Source of the DNA: an uncultured Methanomassiliicoccales archaeon
GTDB lineage: Archaea > Thermoplasmatota > Thermoplasmata > Methanomassiliicoccales > UBA472
DNA length: 64,000 bases
Assembly (NCBI GenBank): GCA_963732855.1
Contig: CAVTBB010000003.1
Location: 7,019-71,018 of the forward strand
Direction: 5' to 3'
Below are positions 7,901 to 16,324 of this stretch, one piece after another. Under the pieces are notes generated by a model. It saw only the letters and a program-made list of their open reading frames with translations. It was not told where the DNA came from and made no database searches. The position numbers were made by a program, and so were the translations under genes. The stretch's first letter is position 1; each line of letters opens with the position of its first letter.

Positions 7901-9663
7901 GTTTTAATACCCACAACATTTTCTCTGGCACCGAGGGACATCGATTGCGGGAAGATCTAATATTCATCCACGCCCCGAGCGTTTACGATTTCAGAAAGGA
8001 ATTCCTGTTCTACGGTCCGGTCAGCGATCTGGTCCCCTCGACACCGGTCTTCGAGATGTACCCCATAGGGTTCACGACGATGGCCACGGCATTACATGAG
8101 TCCGGATTCCGGGTCCGGATCATAAATTTGGCCAGCATGATGCTGAACAACCGTCAGCTCGACGTAGAGAAGGTCATAGCCAAGCTGGATTCGGCGGTGT
8201 TCGGCATCGATCTGCATTGGCTGCCCCACGCGCACGGCGCTTTAGAAGTGGCCAAGCTGGTAAGGAAGCTGCACCCTGACTCGAAGATCCTCATGGGCGG
8301 GTTCTCGTCCACTTACTATCACAGAGAGCTGATCCGATATCCCCAGGTGGACCTGGTGCTCAGAGGAGACTCCACCGAGGTCCCGGTGACCGAGCTGATG
8401 CATGCGCTGGAGAAGGGCACGCCCCTGGACAAGGTCCAGAACCTTACCTGGAAGGACGGATCGGGTAATGTGCATTTCAACGGTCTGACCTACATACCGA
8501 AAGACCTGGACCACTTGGACGTGGACTATGGGTGGATCGTCAAGTCGGTCATCAGGCATCGGGACCTGGAAGGTTTCAAGCCGTTCAAGGACTGGGACCG
8601 GTACCCGCTGACCGCGGTGTTCACCGTGAGGGGCTGTTCCGTCCAATGCGCTGTCTGCGGGGGTTCCTGCTCGGCCATGAAAGGCTTCCTGGGAAGGGAA
8701 CGTCCAGCCTACCGCTCCCCCGAGAAGGTGGCGGAAGACATACTGAACATCCAACAGTACCTGAAAGCACCCACCTTCGTGGTTGGTGACCTACGTCAGA
8801 ATGGCAAGGGATATGCCGAACGCTTCTTCAAGGAAGCGAAGGCGCTGGGCATCAAGAACCAGCTCATTCTGGAAACGTTCACACCGGCGAACGATGAGTT
8901 CTTCTCCATGGCGCAGAGATCGCTGGAATCGTACTCGGTGGAGTTCTCTCCCGATTCACATGATGAACGGGTGAGGAACGCCCTTGGTCGGCGGTTCGAC
9001 ACCCCTAGCATGGAACGTTCGGTGAAGAGCGCCCTGGACCATGGGGCGGAGAGGTTCGATCTGTTCTTTATGATCGGCCTGCCCCAGCAGACCAAGGAAT
9101 CCGCCTTGGCCAGTGCCGAGTATTCACGCAAGATGTATGAGATCGTGGGCAATGATCAGAGGCTGTTCGTGTTCATCTCCCCGTTAGCACCGTTCCTAGA
9201 TCCAGGCAGCATCATTTTCGAGAACCCCTCCAAGTATGGATATAGAACGCTGGCCCGGACATTGGAGGAGCACCGTGTCAGGCTTCTCTCACCGTCATGG
9301 AAGTACGTCCTCTCATACGAAACGGAATGGATGGACAGAGACCAGATTGCGGATGCCAGCTATGATGCGGCAGACATCCTGAACAGCGTCCGGTACGAGT
9401 GCGATCAGATCGGCAAGGATGAACTGGACCTCCGCCTGGCGCGGTCGGAGAACGCCAGGAAGATGATGGCCCGCATCGATGGCATCGTCAAAATGAAGGA
9501 CAAAAATGAGCGCAATGACGCGTTTCGATCGCTGAAGGCCGAGTCCGAGGAGCTCATGGAATCGACCATATGTCAAAAGGCCGACCTGGAATGGACATCC
9601 AAGGGCGTGGTGCGCAGCTTGCCCCGGGCTGTCTTCGGCCTCATAAAGGGAAAGAGAAAATGA
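7897..9663 (+). CDS. B12-binding-domain / radical SAM domain protein (class B-like)
   Basis: The 588-aa product has an N-terminal Rossmann-like B12-type domain (LIFIHAPSVYDF..YPIGFTTMATAL..RVRIINL). The radical SAM motif is CSVQCAVC (CxxxCxxC). Its GTG start overlaps the uppS stop (GTGA). Confidence 0.85.
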   Translation: MSFNTHNIFSGTEGHRLREDLIFIHAPSVYDFRKEFLFYGPVSDLVPSTPVFEMYPIGFTTMATALHESGFRVRIINLASMMLNNRQLDVEKVIAKLDSAVFGIDLHWLPHAHGALEVAKLVRKLHPDSKILMGGFSSTYYHRELIRYPQVDLVLRGDSTEVPVTELMHALEKGTPLDKVQNLTWKDGSGNVHFNGLTYIPKDLDHLDVDYGWIVKSVIRHRDLEGFKPFKDWDRYPLTAVFTVRGCSVQCAVCGGSCSAMKGFLGRERPAYRSPEKVAEDILNIQQYLKAPTFVVGDLRQNGKGYAERFFKEAKALGIKNQLILETFTPANDEFFSMAQRSLESYSVEFSPDSHDERVRNALGRRFDTPSMERSVKSALDHGAERFDLFFMIGLPQQTKESALASAEYSRKMYEIVGNDQRLFVFISPLAPFLDPGSIIFENPSKYGYRTLARTLEEHRVRLLSPSWKYVLSYETEWMDRDQIADASYDAADILNSVRYECDQIGKDELDLRLARSENARKMMARIDGIVKMKDKNERNDAFRSLKAESEELMESTICQKADLEWTSKGVVRSLPRAVFGLIKGKRK

Positions 9664-9678
9664 AGTTCCGGTCCAGCT

Positions 9679-10164
9679 TTATCTCTTGACCGCGGCCTTG
9701 GCCTTTCCTGAAACGGCTATGATTAGCTCCTTGGCTCCTAACGGATCCTCAATTCCGTTCTCTTCCAGGGACGCGCTGTCCACCCTTATCGGCAGCCTGA
9801 ACTCCACGAAGGAATAGGGACCCCATTCGCCCTTGATCCGGATATCCGTGCCATAGGGGCCGACCGTCTCCACCTGGCTTATCTTATTCAAGGGAGCTGA
9901 TTCAGAAAGAACATACTTCCTCTTGAAGATCCCTTTATGATCCAGCACCAGTAACCTCTTGTCTGTTAGGATCAATAGTGCCGGGTCCGGGGCTCCGACG
10001 TTCCTTTCGCCCCGGAACATCCTGGAACCTCCGGAGGTCTGCATGGATTCATGAGGAGGATGGTAGCCTTTCCATATCTGGACCACCGATTCACCCGAGA
10101 CCAGAAGTAACGCTACGCTAGCATTGACGATATGAAGATCAGCGTCTGCTTTTGCTTTCTCCAT
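9679..10164 (-). CDS. hypothetical protein with bacterial-PH-like signature
   Basis: The 161-aa product contains LILTDKRLLVLD, typical of bPH/GRAM-like domains. The assignment is weak. Confidence 0.45.
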   Translation of the reverse strand: MEKAKADADLHIVNASVALLLVSGESVVQIWKGYHPPHESMQTSGGSRMFRGERNVGAPDPALLILTDKRLLVLDHKGIFKRKYVLSESAPLNKISQVETVGPYGTDIRIKGEWGPYSFVEFRLPIRVDSASLEENGIEDPLGAKELIIAVSGKAKAAVKR

Positions 10165-10274
10165 CAGAACGCACCTAGGGAAGTACCGGTTTGCACCGTA
10201 TCAGCTTATTGATGCGCCGCTGACCCAAAAGGCGCATGGCCATTTCCAAGCGCCATTGGCTACCGAAGCATGTG

Positions 10275-11267
10275 TTAGCCAGCCATTTGGTGTGAACGGA
10301 GGTGCGCAGCGGTTTGAAGATCTCTGCGTTTCCAAGTCTCCTCATAGGCCATTAATGGAAGGCCCTTCAGGGCCGTGTCGGCGGCAGCCTGGCCGGCGAT
10401 ACGCCCGCAGATCATCGAGATCGGGATGCCTCCGCCGTTCACCGCCATGACCTGGCCGGCCGCATCACCGACCACGAGCGAATCGCCGATGACCGTCCGT
10501 TTGATCGGACCAGACATGGGGATCAGCTTGCCCATCGGCTTTTCCGTGCTCTTGATATTCTTGAGCTCCAGGAACCGATCGAAATATTCACCTACTGGCA
10601 TCCGGGAGAACCTCCGGGCCACACCTAGTCCAACGTTCGCGCCACCCTTCTTTGGCAATATCCATGCATAGCCACCGGGCGCGACGGTACCGAAATACAT
10701 CTCCGGGATCGGCTCGAACTCCCCTTTCACCTGGATCGAGACTCCCGGACAGAGGTCGGTAGAACGACCATATCCCAGGCTCTTACCTACCAAGGACAGT
10801 GGGCCGTCAGCGCCAACGATCACCTTCGCCTCTATGTCCATCTCAGGCGTGGATACCACTTTGCCAGCTACCTTGGTGCATTGCAGGCCGGTCCGTAATT
10901 CGGCCCCTGCTTTCACCGCTCTTGAGGCAAGATATTGGTCGAACCGGGCTCGGTCCGTCGTGTAACCGGCAAAGGGGACCTCCCAGGGTCTCAATTTCGG
11001 TGAGTAGATGCGAATAATATCGGTGGTAAGTGAATGAAGGTCCGCGGGTATGTCAAACAGGCTGTCCAGATCGGTCGCTCTTGGGAATATGTCCTTCATT
11101 TCCTCGACCGCCGGCATGAACTCGCCGCATCGAACCGGGATCCCGACCTGGGGCCTCTTCTCCAATATCAAAACGCTTGCGCCTTTTAGCGCTGCATGCT
11201 CGGCAGTAGTGCTCCCTGCCGGACCGGCCCCGACGACCACCACATCCACCTTGACAATTTTGGCCAT
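10275..11267 (-). CDS. geranylgeranyl reductase family FAD-dependent oxidoreductase (C-terminus apparently frame-disrupted)
   Basis: The N-terminus has the FAD fold motif VVVVGAGPAGS, followed by GGR-like core motifs. The ORF ends early at 330 aa. A +1 frame continues for ~55 codons to a TAG at 10175. Confidence 0.85.
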   Translation of the reverse strand: MAKIVKVDVVVVGAGPAGSTTAEHAALKGASVLILEKRPQVGIPVRCGEFMPAVEEMKDIFPRATDLDSLFDIPADLHSLTTDIIRIYSPKLRPWEVPFAGYTTDRARFDQYLASRAVKAGAELRTGLQCTKVAGKVVSTPEMDIEAKVIVGADGPLSLVGKSLGYGRSTDLCPGVSIQVKGEFEPIPEMYFGTVAPGGYAWILPKKGGANVGLGVARRFSRMPVGEYFDRFLELKNIKSTEKPMGKLIPMSGPIKRTVIGDSLVVGDAAGQVMAVNGGGIPISMICGRIAGQAAADTALKGLPLMAYEETWKRRDLQTAAHLRSHQMAG

Positions 11268-11312
11268 TCGAACGCCACCTCCTTCAATTGGACCAGAACC
11301 TCGATGACCCGC

Positions 11313-12278
11313 TCAGGACTTCCTTTCTAGGATCGCCTTGGTGAGCTCTTTCAGGGCCTCTTTGTACTCCGAAGGTCTTAGGACCTCCAGATCAAGGAGA
11401 GCCCTGTTGGCGTATTCCTCGGCCATGTCCGATGATGCGCTCAGGGCATCAGTCCTCTTAATCAGAGCTATCGCCTCGGCGACCTCGGCAGGACTTTTCT
11501 TATCCTTTCTGAAGATCTCCTTAATGCGATCGCCATGGGTCCTGTCCTTCATAGCGATGATGAGCGGGAGAGTGGGCTTGCCGTCTATGATGTCGATCCC
11601 GTGAGGCTTTCCCAACGTTACCTCATCGCCGGTGACGTCCAGGATGTCATCGACGATCTGGAAGGCGATGCCGACGTTGAGGCCATAGCTGCCCATGGCC
11701 TCCATGACCGCAGGGGATGCGTCCGCCAGATAGCTACCTACCCGAGCCCCTGCCTCGAACGGTCTTGCCGTCTTCCCTTCGATGATGCTAATGTAGACAT
11801 CGATGTTGGTGTCCTGGTCATGCTCGTAGTCGCTCTGAAGTATCTCCGATTCGGCGAGCGCTGTGCACGCATCGGCCACCACACCGATGACCTTCTCATC
11901 AAATGCTCCACCTAGTGCAAAACTTTTTACAAATAGGAAATCGCCTGCGATAAGCGCCTTCTGCGTGCCATACTTCTTGTATGCCGCCTGCCTGCCTCGC
12001 CGCATCTCTCCGCGATCATTGATGTCATCATGAATGAGAGTGGCGCTGTGAATCAGTTCGAAGGCGGATGCGACCTTGATGACCTTCTCTGGGTCCATGC
12101 CACCGGTCGCCTTGAAAATCAGTAATGCCACAGCCGGACGCATTCTCTTGCCGCCTGAGGTGATGATGTAGTTGCTGATCTCGGTGAGCAATGGTTGTTC
12201 AGAATGAACACTTTCGCGGAGTTGCTCCTCGACCATCCTGAGTTCATTCTGGACGGGAGCATCCCAGGTTGAAACCAT
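11313..12278 (-). CDS. trans-polyprenyl diphosphate synthase (IdsA family)
   Basis: The 321-aa product has the first Asp-rich motif LIHDDINDRGEMRRGR and the second FQIVDDILD. Confidence 0.88.
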   Translation of the reverse strand: MVSTWDAPVQNELRMVEEQLRESVHSEQPLLTEISNYIITSGGKRMRPAVALLIFKATGGMDPEKVIKVASAFELIHSATLIHDDINDRGEMRRGRQAAYKKYGTQKALIAGDFLFVKSFALGGAFDEKVIGVVADACTALAESEILQSDYEHDQDTNIDVYISIIEGKTARPFEAGARVGSYLADASPAVMEAMGSYGLNVGIAFQIVDDILDVTGDEVTLGKPHGIDIIDGKPTLPLIIAMKDRTHGDRIKEIFRKDKKSPAEVAEAIALIKRTDALSASSDMAEEYANRALLDLEVLRPSEYKEALKELTKAILERKS

Positions 12279-12492
12279 CGGGTCTCGATAATGACCAATC
12301 TATACTTAAGATTACTGGCATAGGAAAAACTATCGGTTTGTATAGAGCGCTGGGTGGATAATTTCCGATGATTTCGAAAATTATAGGAGCGATAGGCTGA
12401 GACATCGAAGTTGAAAATGGGAATGGGATGGTATGCTTAAATGTGGCCTCTCGCCAATATGTTAGTGCTAACAAACACGAGGCGAGTAGACC

Positions 12493-13155
12493 ATGCTATA
12501 CGTAGGACTGGACGTACATAAAGAATTTTGTCAGGCAATCAAGAACAAGGTCCATGCCGAACTGACCAGGAGAGGCATCCGAAGGCCGGATTCGTTCTCA
12601 AAACCGTTCACGAAAAAATCGGTCGAGTGGATGAGATCGCTCAACATTGTCACGATCACCGCCAACCTGGATTGCATCCAGGCAATCCAGGGACAGATAG
12701 AATCGATGAACGAGAAGTTGTATGTGGAGTATCAAAAGAGACCTGAGGCGCAACTGATCTCGTCATTCCCTGGCATCGGATATTACGGAGCTTTGCTGAT
12801 CTGGGCGGAGATCGCCGACATCCACCGTTTCCCGGACCCGGAGCATCTCAGCTCCTACGCCGGGCTGACCCCGACGGTCAGCCAGTCGGCGTCGACCGTG
12901 CATTACGGGGCGATAAGCAAGGAGGGTTCGAAGCACCTGCGATGGATCCTGACCGAATCGATCTACACTCACAAACGATACAATCCGGACAGCCAGCTAT
13001 CGAAGTTCCACTCCAAGGTCGAGAAGAAAAGAGGAAAACAGAAGGCCACGATGGCAGCAGCTCGGAAGCTGCTGCACGTCCTGTTCTGGATGCTCCAGAA
13101 CAACGAGCCCTATCACAGTCATGGATTCAACCCCGTGCACAAACCTGCGGCCTAG
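12493..13155 (+). mobile_element. IS110-family transposase remnant with internal deletion of the catalytic DEDD domain
   Basis: The N-terminal MLYVGLDVHKEFCQA (start of the DEDD domain) joins directly to the KNKVHAELTRRGI linker and the Transposase_20 part (SFPGIGYYGALLIWAEIADIHRF, YAGLTPTVSQS). It is 220 aa against roughly 350-400 aa for intact family members. Confidence 0.8.
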
Positions 13156-13356
13156 ACCGCGTGAATGGGATTGGGGCACATCCAAAGACAATGGACGGAG
13201 CGGCCATAGTGCGGGAGAACCGCGGATAGAGGTTTGTCCGCTCATCGAACCAAAACGGCAGCAAATATGCGAAAAAATCAAGAGGTGAGAAAAAGAATAA
13301 AGTAGAGGCCGAGTAGGCCCCATTTTAACATAGAGGTTTGTTGGGGTTTGAGCTTC

Positions 13357-14838
13357 CTACGCGAAGAATGCCGCGGCCGCCTGCTGAGCAGCATTGAAGA
13401 ACGGGTCTGGCCAAATACCGATCAGGACCACAGCGAACACGCATATGGCGACTGCCGCTGCCATCGAGATCGGAATCTTGACCTTCTCGGTTGGGGTGCC
13501 CTCTTCCGCATCGTCCACGTACATGTACTTCACGATCCTTGCATAATAGTACAAGGAGATAGCGCTGTTGATGATGGCGGCAACAGCCAGCCACAGCATC
13601 CACTCGCTTCCCGGTACCACCGATTGTTGGATCGGGGATGAGAACAGGACGAATTTCGAGAAGAAACCAGCCAATGGCGGTATCCCTGCCAACGAGAATA
13701 GCATCACGGCCATGCCGAGGGCCATGAAAGGAGCCCGTTTGGCTAGTCCCTTGTAGTTGCTGATCGTCTCACCGATCGCCACCGTCGCCAGCGTGGCCAC
13801 GATGATGAACGCCCCTCCCTTCATGAAGGCGTGGGTCATTATCTGCATTATGCCTGCCGACAAAGCATACTCAGTCCCTACCGAGACCGCGATCAGGATG
13901 TAACCCGCCTGTGCGATGGACGAATACGCGAGCATCCTCTTGATGTTGGTCTGGCTTATTGCCGCCAGGTTGCCGACGGTCATCGTCGCAATTGCCACGA
14001 TGCCGATCATGATCTCCCAGTTGGACTTTATCGCGAACAATCCGATGAGGAGCACTTTGAACAGCGCGATGAACCCCATCTTCTTGCTGCCTGCGGCCAG
14101 CATTGCCGTGACCGTCGTTGGTGCGCCCTCGTATACATCGGGGGCCCACATATGGAAGGGGACGATCGCAACTTTGAAACCAAAGCCCGCGACGATCATG
14201 ACCAGCGCCAAGAATATCACCGACTGCATCGGCGAGTTCATGGTAACCGCCTGAGCCACACCGGCGAACGAGGTCGTGCCGGCCACTCCATACAGTAAGG
14301 ATATGCCGAACAGGGCTAGGCCGGACGACATACCGCCGATTATGAAGTACTTGACCGCCGATTCCGCTCCCTTTTCATCTTTCTTCCTGAAAGCCACCAG
14401 GGCGTACGAGGATATGCTGGTCAGTTCGATACCGACGAACAGCGTGATCAGGTCGGTGGAACTTGCCACGATCATCATTCCGACGGTGGCGATCATGATC
14501 AGGGAGTAGAACTCCGGCTGGTGTTTATCCTCCTGGATGAAGCGCGCAGAAGCCAGAATGACATAGAACGCCACTGCTAGGAAGATCATCATGAACAGCG
14601 CAGAGAACTGGTCTAGCTTGAGCAGGTTCCCGACGAAATATATCCCGGCGTTGTTGTTGTAGACGAACCAGAAGGCATCGGCGAAAGCCAAGCCCACACC
14701 CACGAGCGAGAACGCCGCGCATACCTTGCTGCTGCTCTTGGACAGCAGGCCGACCGCCGGCACCAGTATGGCGAACAGCGCCAAAAGGACCTCTGGACGG
14801 ATTGCTTCAATGTCGATCATCTTAAGCGCCCCCCACAA
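13357..14838 (-). CDS. nuoN: Fpo/Nuo complex subunit N
   Basis: The 493-aa polytopic antiporter-like subunit is the last gene of the operon. Confidence 0.9.
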   Translation of the reverse strand: MWGALKMIDIEAIRPEVLLALFAILVPAVGLLSKSSSKVCAAFSLVGVGLAFADAFWFVYNNNAGIYFVGNLLKLDQFSALFMMIFLAVAFYVILASARFIQEDKHQPEFYSLIMIATVGMMIVASSTDLITLFVGIELTSISSYALVAFRKKDEKGAESAVKYFIIGGMSSGLALFGISLLYGVAGTTSFAGVAQAVTMNSPMQSVIFLALVMIVAGFGFKVAIVPFHMWAPDVYEGAPTTVTAMLAAGSKKMGFIALFKVLLIGLFAIKSNWEIMIGIVAIATMTVGNLAAISQTNIKRMLAYSSIAQAGYILIAVSVGTEYALSAGIMQIMTHAFMKGGAFIIVATLATVAIGETISNYKGLAKRAPFMALGMAVMLFSLAGIPPLAGFFSKFVLFSSPIQQSVVPGSEWMLWLAVAAIINSAISLYYYARIVKYMYVDDAEEGTPTEKVKIPISMAAAVAICVFAVVLIGIWPDPFFNAAQQAAAAFFA

Positions 14839-16318
14839 CGATGGTTGTCAGTATTTTGACCGACGGCGTGATGTAGTCGAACATCAGCGCCGGCAGCATA
14901 CCGAAAAGAACGATCAATGCTGATAGAACGGCCAACGGTGCAGCCTCGAACCAGGAGAGATCATGTATGTGTTCCGTATCGACCTCTTTGGTCAACGGAC
15001 CGAACAAAGTCTTCTGCATCGCCCAGATGTAATAAGCAGCGGTGATGGCGACGCTTATTATGGGCAAGAGCAGGAGCCATCCGAACGAGTCGAACGTCGC
15101 CGTGAACACCGCGAACTCAGCCAGGAACCCGACCATGCCAGGCAGACCTAGCGAGGCCATGAAGCCGATCATCATGAAGACGGCCGCGAAAGGCATCTTG
15201 GCTGCCAGTCCACCGAGCCTCGGCATGTTCCTGGTTCCAACATGGTGCCCGACGATTCCGGCCATCATGAACAGGACGGCGGCGATCAGGCCATGCGCGA
15301 ACATCTGGAACACTGCGGCGGCGATGCCAAGTTCACCCAGTGTGGCGATTCCCAGCATCACTATGCCCATGTGGCTGATGGACGAGTAGGCTATCATCTT
15401 TTTCAAATCCTTCTGTGCCAGGCACATTATCGCCCCGTAGAGGATCGAGACGATGGCGATTATCACCATCACGATCTGGTACTGGTTGGCCCCATAAGGC
15501 AACGTTGGCAGGCAGATCCTTATGATACCGTAGGAACCCATCTTAAGCAACAGGCCCGCCAGCAGAACCGACCCTGCGGTCGGGGCCTCGACGTGCGCGT
15601 CCGGAAGCCAAGTGTGGAAAGGCACCATCGGCATCTTGACGATGAATCCGAAGAACAACGCCCCGAACACCACCAATTGGAAGAACTGACCGAACTGTCC
15701 GGACACCGACGCGATTGCCTGCATGTCGAACGTGGCATGCGCCAAGTGCGGCGCCGCCTCGAAGTAGAGCGCCAGTATGCCCAGCAGCATCACCAATGAT
15801 GCGATATGGGTATAGATGAAGAACTTGATCGAAGCATATGCACGCCTCGGACCTCCCCATATAGCTATGAGGAAATACATCGGAATCAGCACGACCTCCC
15901 AGAAGACGTAGAAAAGGAAGTAGTCCATCGATGTGAACACCCCCATCACTCCGACCTCCAGGATGAGCATCAGGCCCATGTACTGGTGTGTGCGCTCTTC
16001 CACATCCCAGGAGAACAGGATGGCGAGGAAAGAGAGCAGCGTGGTCAGGAAGACCATCGCTATGCTGATGCCGTCCAAACCAACCGAGTAGGATATGCCC
16101 AGAGTCGATATCCAGGTGAAGCTCTCAACGTACTGGAACGCTCCTATTGTCAGGGTGAACTCGGTCAGCAACAGGACGGACAATGCCAGCGGTACCGCGG
16201 AGAATACCAGGGCAACGATCTTCGATGCTTTCGGATACTTGCCCAGCATGAAAGAGACTATCGCACCGATCAACGGGATCAGTATGAGCAGCGTGATTAT
16301 GGGTATGTTTTGCAGCAT
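14822..16318 (-). CDS. nuoM: Fpo/Nuo complex subunit M
   Basis: The 498-aa antiporter-like subunit has HVEAPTAGSVLLAGLLLKMG. It overlaps nuoN by 17 nt. Confidence 0.92.
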   Translation of the reverse strand: MLQNIPIITLLILIPLIGAIVSFMLGKYPKASKIVALVFSAVPLALSVLLLTEFTLTIGAFQYVESFTWISTLGISYSVGLDGISIAMVFLTTLLSFLAILFSWDVEERTHQYMGLMLILEVGVMGVFTSMDYFLFYVFWEVVLIPMYFLIAIWGGPRRAYASIKFFIYTHIASLVMLLGILALYFEAAPHLAHATFDMQAIASVSGQFGQFFQLVVFGALFFGFIVKMPMVPFHTWLPDAHVEAPTAGSVLLAGLLLKMGSYGIIRICLPTLPYGANQYQIVMVIIAIVSILYGAIMCLAQKDLKKMIAYSSISHMGIVMLGIATLGELGIAAAVFQMFAHGLIAAVLFMMAGIVGHHVGTRNMPRLGGLAAKMPFAAVFMMIGFMASLGLPGMVGFLAEFAVFTATFDSFGWLLLLPIISVAITAAYYIWAMQKTLFGPLTKEVDTEHIHDLSWFEAAPLAVLSALIVLFGMLPALMFDYITPSVKILTTIVVGGA

Positions 16319-16324
16319 TTCAGA

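Noticed and set aside
12443-12486. A CTCGCC / GGCGAG inverted repeat with a 25-nt loop just upstream of the IS110 remnant, as a possible regulatory hairpin.
   Set aside because: It has only a 6-bp stem and a long loop, which is not distinguishable from chance. It is mentioned only in the context of the IS boundary.
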